Assembly (NCBI GenBank): GCA_963817575.1
Contig: CAWFOY010000009.1
Coordinates: forward strand, 10,780 to 74,779
Direction: 5' to 3'
DNA: 64,000 nt
DNA from: an uncultured Gemmatimonadales bacterium
GTDB taxonomy: Bacteria > Gemmatimonadota > Gemmatimonadetes > Gemmatimonadales > GWC2-71-9
The notes beneath the pieces are model-generated. The model ran no database searches, was not told the origin of the DNA, and saw only the letters and a list, made by a program, of their open reading frames with translations. Each line of letters opens with the position of its first letter. The first letter of the stretch is position 1. Made by a program: the position numbers and the translations under genes. Shown here one piece after another: positions 50,770-60,600 of this stretch.

Positions 50770-52287
50770 CTACGCCGGTCGGTCACCGCGCTCAAGGGCG
50801 GCGCCGTACCAGGAATGGATCTCGGCCGCGAGCGCGGGCAGCAGATCGGGACCGTACCGCGCCAGGAACGGCGCAGCGGTGAGCACCCTTTCTTGCGGCT
50901 TGCCGCCGGGAAGCAGGGCAGTCCGGGCCCGATCGACCTGTCCAAGCTCAGTCTCCTGACGCCGCTTCAGGTGCTGAATGAGCTTCTTCTCGGCATCCTG
51001 CGTCCCGGTGAGCGCGCCGTGCCGCAGCACCTGGATCGGGCGCTGAAGGGTCGGATCCACATCGCGCGCCACGGCTTCGAGGGTCGTGTAGCCGCGCTCG
51101 ATGGCCGCGCGCAGGTCGGCGAGGGCGGCGGAGGCCTCGAGCGGGAGCTGGTCGCGCACCAGCCGCGTCTCGAGCCGGCCGCCCGGCTCCAGGAGCTCCG
51201 CGATTTCGACGCCGAACTTCTCCAGCACGCGGTCCACTCTCGGCTCGACGAGCATGCCGGACCACCGCGGCACCGGGAGCTGCCGCGGGACGCCGAGCGC
51301 CGCATAAAGGGGCGCGCAGAGCGCCAGGTACCGGAGCTCTCCGGGGCCTGCGACATACGCGACGGTCGGGAGAAGCGCGCTCTCAACGACCGGCCGGAGC
51401 AGCACATTCCCGGAGAACCGCTCGGGAGACCCATCGGCCATACGCTGGAGTTCGGCCTGCGTGAATCGCTCCCCGCTCCGGCGGGTGGTGAACGCGTCCC
51501 CGTCGCTGATCAACCGGTCCCGCCCGAGGCGGCCCTCCAGCATGACGAGAGTGGCCCCACCGCCGACGGGAACCCCGGCATCAACCCCTTGAGCGGCGAG
51601 CTTCGCGGCCTGCTCGAGCAGCAACTGCTCGAGGCCCCCTGCCTCCGAAAGCGCCCGCGTGATGACGGGCGCCGCTGCACGCTTCACCGCAGGGTGCGCA
51701 CTGTCGACGCATACGATGCCGAAGGGAGCCAGCACTTCGGCCAGGGCGCCGCCGAATGCTGCCGCGACGGTCCTCTCCGCGCGGTAGTGCCGGGCCAGCC
51801 AGGCCAGGGTCTCGTCGCGATGGTCGGATGGTGGAAGGTCTCCGGCGAGGGCATCGAGGGCCGCAGCGATCTCGGGTCCGAGCAGCTCCCGGGACATCGG
51901 CGTCAGGGGCGCATCGGCCGGCCGTTCCCGGAGGACGTGAGTCCGGAGGGTGCCGTCCACCCGAAGCCAGGACGCGTGGTTTGCCTCGTGGAAATCGTGG
52001 TCGTCACCGGCCAGCCAGAACACCGGCACGACAGGACGCTTCCACCGCGCCTCCAACTGACGGGCGAGGGAGGCGGCGGAGAGGGCCTTGTGGATGGTGT
52101 AGAGGGGGCCGGTGAAGAGGCCTGGCTGCTGGCCGGTCGTCACCGCGAGGGCGCCGGGCTGTCTCAGGCGGCGGGCCAGGTCATGGCCTGGCGCCACGAC
52201 AGCGTCGACCGGGATGGCCGGCAGGTCGCCGTTCCTGGGGATAGGTGTGTCGACGTCGGCGGGTAGGGGGGTCGCGAGAAAGCGCAC
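50770..52287 (-). CDS. bshC: Bacillithiol biosynthesis cysteine-adding enzyme BshC
   Basis: TGQQPGLFTGPLY..HK, VFWLAGDDHD, SGNVLLRP, AGPGEL.Y, PQER. Confidence 0.92.
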   Translation of the reverse strand: MRFLATPLPADVDTPIPRNGDLPAIPVDAVVAPGHDLARRLRQPGALAVTTGQQPGLFTGPLYTIHKALSAASLARQLEARWKRPVVPVFWLAGDDHDFHEANHASWLRVDGTLRTHVLRERPADAPLTPMSRELLGPEIAAALDALAGDLPPSDHRDETLAWLARHYRAERTVAAAFGGALAEVLAPFGIVCVDSAHPAVKRAAAPVITRALSEAGGLEQLLLEQAAKLAAQGVDAGVPVGGGATLVMLEGRLGRDRLISDGDAFTTRRSGERFTQAELQRMADGSPERFSGNVLLRPVVESALLPTVAYVAGPGELRYLALCAPLYAALGVPRQLPVPRWSGMLVEPRVDRVLEKFGVEIAELLEPGGRLETRLVRDQLPLEASAALADLRAAIERGYTTLEAVARDVDPTLQRPIQVLRHGALTGTQDAEKKLIQHLKRRQETELGQVDRARTALLPGGKPQERVLTAAPFLARYGPDLLPALAAEIHSWYGAALERGDRPA

Positions 52288-52289
52288 GA

Positions 52290-53006
52290 TTACCGCCGGC
52301 GCCCGAGGAGAATTACCCGCGGCGAATCGGCGGTGAATGGGCCGCCGTCGTAGTCGCCGAACCCGGTAACAGGTTCAAGGCCGGCAGCGCGCATCATGGT
52401 CTCCAGATCTCCCCGCTCGAAGAGTCGCACGCGCTCGGTGAAGCACCGTCCGTCCGCTGTCCGGATCTCCTTCACCACATACCGACCGGAGTGCGTCAGC
52501 CGGCGAGTGATGCCAACCCGCTGGCCACCAAGCACGCCCTCGGTATGCGGCAGAAGCGTGGACCGGACGGTGGCCGCATTGAGAAAGTCGATCGCGAACC
52601 ACCCCGCCGGCCGGATGGTCGCCGCCATCTCCGCCAGCGCGGTCGTGTGCTGCGCGTCGTCGGCGAAGTAGCCGAAACTGGTGAACAGGTTCACGGTCAG
52701 GTCCATCGTGCCCGGGCGGATCGGCAGCGCTCGCATGTCGGCCCGGACGAGAGCCGCCCCGGTCACCTGTCGGGCACGGCGCAGCAGGCTGGCCGAGAGG
52801 TCCACCCCCGTCACCGAACCGCCCGCCAGCTCCAGGGCCCGTGCGTGGCGACCCGGACCACAGGCAACATCGAGCACTCGCCAGCCGGGTTCCCAGGAGA
52901 CAGCACCCCGCAGGAGCGTCACGAGCCGCTCGGCATCCGCGCTGTCGCGGTGCGGGTAGAGGGCGAGGTACTCCTCGCCGAACCACTCTCGAAACCATTC
53001 AGCCAT
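52290..53006 (-). CDS. Class I SAM-dependent methyltransferase
   Basis: WF.EWF..Y..LY.HRD, LDVACGPGRH, NLFTSFGYF. Confidence 0.9.
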   Translation of the reverse strand: MAEWFREWFGEEYLALYPHRDSADAERLVTLLRGAVSWEPGWRVLDVACGPGRHARALELAGGSVTGVDLSASLLRRARQVTGAALVRADMRALPIRPGTMDLTVNLFTSFGYFADDAQHTTALAEMAATIRPAGWFAIDFLNAATVRSTLLPHTEGVLGGQRVGITRRLTHSGRYVVKEIRTADGRCFTERVRLFERGDLETMMRAAGLEPVTGFGDYDGGPFTADSPRVILLGRRR

Positions 53007-53481
53007 CGGGGCCCGCCGGTGCGCCTTTGTGGTACGGTGTGCCTCGCAGTATGGTCGCGGCGCGATAGAGCTGCTCCACGACGACGACTCGTGCCAGCTC
53101 GTGCGGCAGGGTAAGCGGACCGAGGCTCCAGCATTCCTCGGCGCGCCCGAGCACCACGGCATCGAGACCGGTTGACCCGCCGAGCACGAGGGCCAGCGGA
53201 CGCGACTCCTCCTGCCAGGTCCTTACTCTGCCCGCCAACTCCTCGCTCGTCCACCCGCGCCCGCGCCGTGCGAGCGCCACCAGCCGGGCCCGCGCCGGCA
53301 ATCGCTCGAGCAGGCGTCGCGCCTCTTCCGCCTGCTGAACGGCCCGGGTGGGAGCCCGGGCCGCCTCGCGCACCTCAATCTCGTGCACGTCGAAGAATCG
53401 GCCGAGCCGGCGCAGGTAGTCGTCGCAGGCCGAGCGCAACTCGGGGCGAAGCCGGCCGACGGCCAGCAGCGTGACGTTAAG
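52999..53481 (-). CDS. rlmH: 23S rRNA m3Psi1915 methyltransferase; no canonical start at the expected position
   Basis: [39 protein letters not shown]. Confidence 0.9.
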   Translation of the reverse strand, partial: LNVTLLAVGRLRPELRSACDDYLRRLGRFFDVHEIEVREAARAPTRAVQQAEEARRLLERLPARARLVALARRGRGWTSEELAGRVRTWQEESRPLALVLGGSTGLDAVVLGRAEECWSLGPLTLPHELARVVVVEQLYRAATILRGTPYHKGAPAGPDG

Positions 53482-54784
53482 CGTACAGTCCGCGCAACCG
53501 GTGAACCGCCGCGACCCGATCGATCGACAGCATGTACGACGCCACCCGCATGTTGACCGCGTGGCGGTCGGCCATGCCGGCGACTTCGTCGAACGAGCGC
53601 CTCATGATCCGCTCGAGCCGGTTGTTCACGGTTTCTTCGTCCCAGAAGTATCCGCCGCGGTCCTGCACCCACTCGAAGTAGCTGACGGTGACCCCGCCCG
53701 CGTTGGCGAGGATGTCCGGGATGACGAAGATTCCTTTTTGCTCCAGGATCGCGTCGGCGCCGGCCGTCGTGGGGCCGTTGGCGCCCTCGCAGATGATCTT
53801 GGCCTGGATGTCGCCGGCGTTCTTGCTGGTGATGACGTTCTCCAGCGCGGCGGGCACAAGAACGTCGCAATCGCACGTCAGGAGCTGTTCGTTGGTGATT
53901 CCTTCGCCCTTGGGATACCCGGCGAGAAACCGATTCTCCCGCACCCATGCCTGAACGCTTTCGATATCGAGGCCCTTGGCGTTGTACACGCCGCCCGACT
54001 TGTCGCTCACGGCGACGATGACCGCACCCTCGTCGGTCAGCAGTTTGGCGGTGATGGACCCGACATTGCCGAAGCCCTGCACCGCGACGCGGGCGCCCTT
54101 GATGGGCATGCCGAGGCGCTTCAGCGCTTCCTTGGTGACGATCATGCATCCGCGGCCGGTGGCCTCCCGGCGGCCCATCGATCCGCCCATCTCGACCGGC
54201 TTGCCGGTGACGACTGCCGTCACGGTGTGACGCTTGTGCATGGAGTAGGTATCCATGATCCAGGCCATCACGCGCTCGTTGGTGTTCACGTCGGGCGCCG
54301 GGACATCTGAGTCGGGGCCGAGCGTGTCGATGATCGCCGAGGTATAACGGCGCGTGAGGCGCTCGAGTTCGCCGGTCGACATCGAACTGGGGTCGCAGAT
54401 GACACCGCCCTTCGAGCCGCCGAAGGGGATATTCACCACGGCGCACTTCCAGGTCATCCATGCCGCCAGCGCCTTCACCTCGTCGAGCGTCACGTTCAGG
54501 TCGAACCGAATCCCGCCCTTGGCCGGTCCGCGGGAGGTGTTGTAGAGCACTCGATATCCAGTGAAGACATCGACGTCTCCACCATCCCGCTGCACCGGAA
54601 CCGACACGATGATCTGCTTTTCGGGATGGCGGAGGACCTTGTACAGCCCCGCATCGAGGTTGAGCCGCTTCGCGGCGTAATCGAAGCGGGACATCATTGC
54701 CTCGAACGGGTTCTCCTCACCGAGGAAGGTATCCTTCTCGGGGCGCACCATGTCGTGGCTCGGGCGGGAACTGACGCTGCTCAT
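53477..54784 (-). CDS. gdhA: Glutamate dehydrogenase (Glu/Leu/Phe/Val dehydrogenase family)
   Basis: [39 protein letters not shown]. Confidence 0.93.
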   Translation of the reverse strand: MSSVSSRPSHDMVRPEKDTFLGEENPFEAMMSRFDYAAKRLNLDAGLYKVLRHPEKQIIVSVPVQRDGGDVDVFTGYRVLYNTSRGPAKGGIRFDLNVTLDEVKALAAWMTWKCAVVNIPFGGSKGGVICDPSSMSTGELERLTRRYTSAIIDTLGPDSDVPAPDVNTNERVMAWIMDTYSMHKRHTVTAVVTGKPVEMGGSMGRREATGRGCMIVTKEALKRLGMPIKGARVAVQGFGNVGSITAKLLTDEGAVIVAVSDKSGGVYNAKGLDIESVQAWVRENRFLAGYPKGEGITNEQLLTCDCDVLVPAALENVITSKNAGDIQAKIICEGANGPTTAGADAILEQKGIFVIPDILANAGGVTVSYFEWVQDRGGYFWDEETVNNRLERIMRRSFDEVAGMADRHAVNMRVASYMLSIDRVAAVHRLRGLYA

Positions 54785-54818
54785 AGTCCTCTCCGGTCGA
54801 TCCGGATTCCGGGGTTGG

Positions 54819-55862
54819 CTACCATTTTTCCACGGGGGTCGCCACCGCGTCCAGGGCCGCGACGAATTCGGTGTCCCCCTCCTCGAATCGCACATCCAGT
54901 ACTGCCACCAGCGGCTCGGGGGCGCTGGCTGGCCAGCGGTCCCGGAGCTTCACCGCATCCTTCGCGGTGAGAACCACATGATCGGCCCGGCGGGCGGCGT
55001 GCGCCAGCCAGGCGACGTCCTCGTCACGGAACGCGTGGTGGTCCTTCCAGGTGGCCACCTGGACCTGCGCCCCCGTGCCCTTCACCTGCGCCACGAAGGC
55101 ATCGGGATCGCCGATGGCCGACGCCGCGACGACGCGCCGTCCGCGGATCAGATCCACCGGTCGCGGTTCGCCGCTCACCAGACCCTCGAGATGGTGAAAC
55201 CCGAGGTGTGCCACCGCCACCGGTCCGGCCATCCTGCCCTGCGCCTCTCGCGCGAGGAGCAGCGCGGCCTCGGCGGTGGCCCGCTTCCGCGTCACCACCA
55301 CGACATCGGCGCGCGCCATCGCCCCCCACCCTTCCCGCCAGGGACCCGCCGGGAGCAACCATCGGACGGCACGGCCCGCCTCTGCACTCAGGACCAGGAC
55401 GTTCAGGTCGCGGCGAACGTCGAGCCGCTGGAACGCGTCGTCCAGCACGAGCACCTCGGCACCGTTCGCGAGCGCTCGCTCGGCACCAGCCACGCGGTCC
55501 GGATCCGGCACGACCACGGCCTCCGGCACGTCGTGGCGGTGCACCAGCGCTTCGTCCGCGCCGTAGCCGCGCAGCAGGATCCCCGGCTTGAGCCCGCGCG
55601 CCGCGTAGTGCTTCGCGATCCACGCCGCGATCGGGGTTTTGCCGGACCCGCCGACGGTCAGGTTCCCGACCGCAACGGAGGGGAGCGGGAGGTCGTGGGT
55701 CGGCAACCAGCCCCGACTGTACGCGACCCGCCGCACCGCCATCCCGGCGCCCCACAGCCCCGACGCCGGCAACAACGCGAGGCGTGCGAGCCGCGCGTCG
55801 AGCCGCCGGCTGGTCCACAGCCAGCGGATCAGCCGATGGGTGTCGCCGCGCCGCTGGGCCAT
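54819..55862 (-). CDS. lpxK: Tetraacyldisaccharide 4'-kinase
   Basis: [39 protein letters not shown]. Confidence 0.93.
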   Translation of the reverse strand: MAQRRGDTHRLIRWLWTSRRLDARLARLALLPASGLWGAGMAVRRVAYSRGWLPTHDLPLPSVAVGNLTVGGSGKTPIAAWIAKHYAARGLKPGILLRGYGADEALVHRHDVPEAVVVPDPDRVAGAERALANGAEVLVLDDAFQRLDVRRDLNVLVLSAEAGRAVRWLLPAGPWREGWGAMARADVVVVTRKRATAEAALLLAREAQGRMAGPVAVAHLGFHHLEGLVSGEPRPVDLIRGRRVVAASAIGDPDAFVAQVKGTGAQVQVATWKDHHAFRDEDVAWLAHAARRADHVVLTAKDAVKLRDRWPASAPEPLVAVLDVRFEEGDTEFVAALDAVATPVEKW

Positions 55863-56488
55863 TGGGCCATCCTTGTGACCTCGTCCATGGCGGCGACGGC
55901 CCGCACCTGCGCCGCGGCCAACCCCGCCCCCCCCGCTTCCACTCCGAACGGGCCGCCGTAGGCCACGCGGATCCGGCTGAACGGCTTGGGCACGCAAAAC
56001 CGATCCCAGGAATTTAATCGCCAGGCCGACTCCGCCTCGGCGTGCACGGGCAGCACCACAGTGCCCGAGCGCTGGGCGGCGGCCAGCACGCCCGGCTTGA
56101 TCTGCCGGCGCGGGCCTCGCGGGCCGTCCGGCGTAACCGCCAGCACCTCGCCGGCCTCCAGCTCGCGGACCGCGGCGAGCAGAGCCCGTGTGCCTCCGCG
56201 GGTGCTCGAGCCGCGCACGAGGCGGAATCCGATCCGCTCGGCGAAGTCGGCCAGGTACTGCCCATCCCGGGCCTCGCTCACCACGATGACCGCATCCTGC
56301 CGGCGGTGCCACCAGAGCAGCGGCAACAACGCCTCGTGCCACAGCATGCAGGCGTAGCCGGGGGCGCCCTCGTACAGCGCATCCCAGCGCTCCTGCCCGA
56401 TGACGTCGTAGCGCCAGGTCGAGGCGAGCGCACCCGCCACCGGTGCCCCCAGGGCCGCTGCCACCCGGGGCGGGACCTTGATCCTCAA
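55829..56488 (-). CDS. DUF374 acyltransferase (LpxJ-like)
   Basis: WH, S..RDG, VRGSSTRGG, TPDGPRGP, SWDRF..PKPF; between lpxB and lpxK. Confidence 0.85.
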   Translation of the reverse strand: MRIKVPPRVAAALGAPVAGALASTWRYDVIGQERWDALYEGAPGYACMLWHEALLPLLWWHRRQDAVIVVSEARDGQYLADFAERIGFRLVRGSSTRGGTRALLAAVRELEAGEVLAVTPDGPRGPRRQIKPGVLAAAQRSGTVVLPVHAEAESAWRLNSWDRFCVPKPFSRIRVAYGGPFGVEAGGAGLAAAQVRAVAAMDEVTRMAQWPSGAATPIG

Positions 56489-57603
56489 GAGCCGAGGACC
56501 TCCGCCGCGAGCGCCGCGACCCGGCTCGCCGCCCCTGGCGTGCCCAGGTGGCTCCGAACCGTCGCCAAGCCGTCGAGCTGTGCCCGGCGCGCCGGACTGC
56601 CGGCGTCGAGCAGCGGGCGCAGGGCGCTCACCAGCCCGTCGACGGTGAGCCGATCCTGGAGCAGCTCGGGCACGATCTCGCGCCCGGCGATCAGGTTGAC
56701 CAGGCTCACCCACCGGACCGTCATCACCCTCCGGGCGACCGCGAAGGTCAGCGGATTAGCCCGGTAGGCAACCACCATCGGGACGTCGGCCATCGCCGCC
56801 TCGAGCGTCGTCGTGCCGGACTTGGCCAGGCACGCGTCGGCGGACGCGAGCACGAGGCGGGGATCATCAGACAGCAGAACCCCGTCGGGATTGGGGTACG
56901 CTCCGGCGGGCGTGGCTGCGACCACAACGGCGTCGCAGCGGTGCTCGTCCCGCAGCGCCGCCGCGGCCGCCGTGAAGATGGCCCAGTGACTCCGGACCTC
57001 CTGCCGGCGGCTTCCCGGAAATACCGCGAGCACGCGCCCCTCCGCGGGAAGCCCGAGCGCGGCCCGCGCCGCTGCCCGGCCCGGTGCCGGAGGCCGATCG
57101 AGCAGTGGATGTCCCACATAGGATGCGACCAGGCCGACCGTCGCGAAGAAGGCCGGCTCGAACGGCAGGATCACTGCCAACCGATCGACCGCCGCCTCGA
57201 GCGCCCGGGCCCGCTGGGGCCGCCAGGCCCAGAGTTGCGGCGGGATGTAGTAGAGCACCTTGGTTCCGGCCCGCCGAGCCGCACGGGCGACTCGCACATG
57301 GAACCCCGGATAGTCGATCGGGAGGTATAGATCGTATTCCCGCCTGCGAAACGCGTCCCGCAGCTCCCGATACAATCCGACGTGCTGCGGAAGCTTTCCG
57401 ACGATTTCCACCAGGCCGATGGCGCTCAACCGTTCCATCGGGTAGCGCACCCGCGCCCCCGCCGCGGCCATTCGGGGCCCGCCGACCGCATCGATTCGGG
57501 CATCCGGCCAGCGAAGGCGGAGCGCCTGAATGACTTCCGCGCCATGCAAGTCGCCGGAGGGTTCCCCCGCGGAGACCAGGATTCGCGGAGCGGCGGCGAT
57601 CAC
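56485..57603 (-). CDS. lpxB: Lipid-A-disaccharide synthase
   Basis: AGEPSGDLHG, IDYPGF, PQLWAWR, VGHP, PGSR, SGTTTLE. Confidence 0.96.
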   Translation of the reverse strand: MIAAAPRILVSAGEPSGDLHGAEVIQALRLRWPDARIDAVGGPRMAAAGARVRYPMERLSAIGLVEIVGKLPQHVGLYRELRDAFRRREYDLYLPIDYPGFHVRVARAARRAGTKVLYYIPPQLWAWRPQRARALEAAVDRLAVILPFEPAFFATVGLVASYVGHPLLDRPPAPGRAAARAALGLPAEGRVLAVFPGSRRQEVRSHWAIFTAAAAALRDEHRCDAVVVAATPAGAYPNPDGVLLSDDPRLVLASADACLAKSGTTTLEAAMADVPMVVAYRANPLTFAVARRVMTVRWVSLVNLIAGREIVPELLQDRLTVDGLVSALRPLLDAGSPARRAQLDGLATVRSHLGTPGAASRVAALAAEVLGS

Positions 57604-58556
57604 GGACTGCGCAAAGACGCGGTGACGCGAAGCGCCAGCTCGAGCGCGGCCCGGCCTTCGATTCCCGAGACGCCGCGATTCGGCGCACCCCGCAGCGCCT
57701 GCACGAACTCCGCGAGCTCCAGGCGCAGCGCATCTCCTTCCGGCGCATCCAGGGGAACGGCCTCGACCACGTCGTCCAGACTCGTGCCCGTGCCGCGCTT
57801 CCAGTCGGGCCGCACCCGGAGGAAACTCCCGGTACCACTCGCCAGATCGAGCGAGAGATACCCTCCCTCCTGGTAGATGCGGATCCGCCGGATGCGATCC
57901 CGTCCCACCCGCGAGGCCGTCACGGTCGCGACGCTCCCGCCGGGGAGCTCGAGCCGTGCGTTCACGAGGTCGGGATGGTCGGAGAGCACCTGGGTGCCGA
58001 TCGCGCGGACATCCGAGACTTCGGGCGCCCCGCTCAGGGCGAGGACCAGATCGAGGTCGTGAATCATCAGATCGAGCACCACCGAGACGTCAGTTCCCCG
58101 GGGCGAGAACGGGGCGATGCGCTCCGCCACGATGTAGCGGGGTGCATCCACGAACGGCAGCGCGGCGCGTATGGCACGGTTGTAACGCTCGATCTGTCCC
58201 ACCTGGAGCGGGACCCGGGCGGCCTGCGCGGCCGCAATCAGCGCGTCGGCTTCGGGGAGCGAAGCGGCGATCGGCTTTTCCATCAGCACCGCCACCCCGC
58301 GTTCGAGCGCCTGCAGGCCGACTTCCGCGTGCCGGGACGTGGGAACGGCGATCGACACCCCTTTGACCCGCGCCAGCAGCGCGTCGACATCTACCACAGC
58401 GGCGGTGCCGACTTCCGCCGCCACCCGGGCCGCCGTTCCGGAGTCGGCATCGTAAACTCCGACCAGTTCCGCACCCTCGAGCGTCGAAAGGTGGCGTGCG
58501 TGATGGCGCCCCAGCGCCCCGACGCCGATGACCCCGACGGGGACGCGGGCCGTCAC
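57600..58556 (-). CDS. Gfo/Idh/MocA oxidoreductase, GnnA-like
   Basis: GVGALG..H, EKPIA, ERYN, DVSVVLDLMIHD; located between lpxA and lpxB. Confidence 0.85.
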   Translation of the reverse strand: MTARVPVGVIGVGALGRHHARHLSTLEGAELVGVYDADSGTAARVAAEVGTAAVVDVDALLARVKGVSIAVPTSRHAEVGLQALERGVAVLMEKPIAASLPEADALIAAAQAARVPLQVGQIERYNRAIRAALPFVDAPRYIVAERIAPFSPRGTDVSVVLDLMIHDLDLVLALSGAPEVSDVRAIGTQVLSDHPDLVNARLELPGGSVATVTASRVGRDRIRRIRIYQEGGYLSLDLASGTGSFLRVRPDWKRGTGTSLDDVVEAVPLDAPEGDALRLELAEFVQALRGAPNRGVSGIEGRAALELALRVTASLRSP

Positions 58557-59329
58557 GCCGGGACTCCCCGGCCGGAGGACTCGACGAACGCGATGAAGCG
58601 CTCCACCTCGGCGGTCTGCGGGAGATCGATGCGCGCCCGCTCGACGGCCTGCGACAGGTTCAAGTCCGAGTTGAAGAAGAGCCGGTATGCCCGCTTGAGC
58701 GCGGAGATGGTCTCCGCCTGAAAGCCCGCGCGCTGGAGCCCGATCGAATTGAGGCCGTACAGCTCCATCGGATTGCCCACGGCCTTCACGTACGGCGGAA
58801 TGTCCTGATTGACCCGCGTGCAGCCCCCGACGAACGCGTAGCTGCCGATGGTGACGAACTGGTGGACGGCGTTGAGCCCGGAGAGGATGGCGTTGTCGTG
58901 GATGGTCACGTGCCCGGCGATCTGGGTCCCGTTGGCGATCACGACATTGTCGCCAACCCGGCAGTCATGGGCGATGTGCACGTAGGTCATGAAGAAGCAC
59001 CTCGCGCCGACCACCGTGCGGCCGGTTGCGACGGTCGCCCGGTTGATGGTCGAATACTCGCGGATGACCGTATGCGCGCCGACCTCGACCCAGGTCTCCT
59101 CGCCCTTGAACTTGAAGTCCTGCGGCGGGCTCCCCAGCACGCTCCCCTCGCCGACCTGGACCCCTTCCGCCAGCCGGACGTACCGTTCGAGGGTCACCCG
59201 GGCCGCCAGACGGCACCCGTCCCCGACCACCACGTCCGGCCCGATGATCGCGAATGGTCCGACCTCCACCCCGTGGCCGAGCTCCGCTCGCGGATCGACG
59301 AGCGCTGTGGGGTGGATCGTGTGCGTCAC
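58553..59329 (-). CDS. lpxA: UDP-GlcNAc acyltransferase
   Basis: IHPTA, PQD.KFKGE, IRE..TINR, HIAHDC, HQF, GLNSIGL. Confidence 0.96.
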   Translation of the reverse strand: MTHTIHPTALVDPRAELGHGVEVGPFAIIGPDVVVGDGCRLAARVTLERYVRLAEGVQVGEGSVLGSPPQDFKFKGEETWVEVGAHTVIREYSTINRATVATGRTVVGARCFFMTYVHIAHDCRVGDNVVIANGTQIAGHVTIHDNAILSGLNAVHQFVTIGSYAFVGGCTRVNQDIPPYVKAVGNPMELYGLNSIGLQRAGFQAETISALKRAYRLFFNSDLNLSQAVERARIDLPQTAEVERFIAFVESSGRGVPA

Positions 59330-60600
59330 CGGTCCACCACGCGGGCCATCATTTCAGCCTCCGCCGCGACCTGCCCGTCCACCAGGGCCACACCCTTCAT
59401 CCGGCAGGTCTTGCCCCGGAATTGCAGCATCTCAAGCTCGAAGCGCAGCTGATCACCGGGAAGTACCGGCCGGCGGAACTTGACGTTGTCGAGCGACATG
59501 AAATACACGACCTTCTCGCTCCGCTCGTCGACGAACGAACCGAGCAGCAGCATCCCGCCCACCTGGGCCATCGCCTCGATGATGAGCACGCCGGGCATGA
59601 TCGGATGGCCCGGGAAGTGTCCCTGGAAAAACGGCTCGTTGATCGTGACGTTCTTGATGCCGACGATGCGCCGCTTGCCTTCGATCTCGATGATGCGGTC
59701 CACGAGGAGGAAGGGATAGCGGTGCGGAATGATGTCGAGGATCTGCCCGATGTCCATCGCGATGCCACCCTCGCGCTGGCCGGTGCGCGCGATCGCCCGG
59801 GCGAGGGCGATGTTTCCTTCGTGACTCGGCCGGTTCGCCACCACGTGCGCCTGCACCCGCCCGCCGACGAGCGCCAGGTCGCCGATGAGATCCGCGGCCT
59901 TGTGGCGCACGAACTCATCCGGCCAGCGAAGCGCGCCTTCCACCAGCCCGGCGTCGGACAGGACGATCGAGTTCGCGGTCGTCGCGCCCTGGATCAGCCC
60001 GCGCGCCTTGAGCCCGTCCACTTCGTGCAGGAAGCCGAAGGTTCGGGCGCGGGCCAGCTCCCGCCCGAACTCCTCGGGAGTCACGTCGTAACTGCCGGCC
60101 TGGCGGCCGATGAGCGGGTGAGGAAAGTCGATGGTTGTCGTCACCCGGAGCGACTTCGCAGGGGAGACCACGTAGTTGGCGTCGCCCTCCGTGACGGTGA
60201 ACGCGGCCTGGATCCGGTAAGTGACCGCATCTCCCTCCTGCATCACCTCGCCCGCCCCGCGGAGGGCCTCGAAGTACGGTGCGAACGAGCCGTCCATGGC
60301 CGGGGGTTCGGGGCCATCGAGATCGATGAAGAGATCGTCGATCTCGAGCGCGCCGACCGCCGCGAGGACGTGCTCGACGGTGTGCACGGCTTCCTCGCCT
60401 CGACCGAGGACCGTGCGCCGGTCGGTGGCCTCGACCTCTTCCAGGCGCGCCGGAACCTCAGGATTGCCCTGCAGGTCGGTCCGCCGGAACACGACCCGGC
60501 GGCCGGAGGGGGCCGGGCGAAAGGTGACGGTTACGGTGGTGCCGGTGTGGAGCCCCGTTCCCTGCACCGTCGCCGTCTGCTGGATCGTCCGTCTACCCAC
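59326..60600 (-). CDS. lpxC: Bifunctional LpxC deacetylase / FabZ dehydratase
   Basis: G.GLHTG, TVEH, ARTFGF, RHKAADLIGDL; then PHRYPFLLVD, GHFP..PIMPGVLIIEAMAQ. Confidence 0.95.
   Translation of the reverse strand: MGRRTIQQTATVQGTGLHTGTTVTVTFRPAPSGRRVVFRRTDLQGNPEVPARLEEVEATDRRTVLGRGEEAVHTVEHVLAAVGALEIDDLFIDLDGPEPPAMDGSFAPYFEALRGAGEVMQEGDAVTYRIQAAFTVTEGDANYVVSPAKSLRVTTTIDFPHPLIGRQAGSYDVTPEEFGRELARARTFGFLHEVDGLKARGLIQGATTANSIVLSDAGLVEGALRWPDEFVRHKAADLIGDLALVGGRVQAHVVANRPSHEGNIALARAIARTGQREGGIAMDIGQILDIIPHRYPFLLVDRIIEIEGKRRIVGIKNVTINEPFFQGHFPGHPIMPGVLIIEAMAQVGGMLLLGSFVDERSEKVVYFMSLDNVKFRRPVLPGDQLRFELEMLQFRGKTCRMKGVALVDGQVAAEAEMMARVVDR

Noticed and set aside
59326-60600. lpxC-fabZ fusion as a novelty
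   Set aside because: Well-known architecture in Bacteroidota and related phyla
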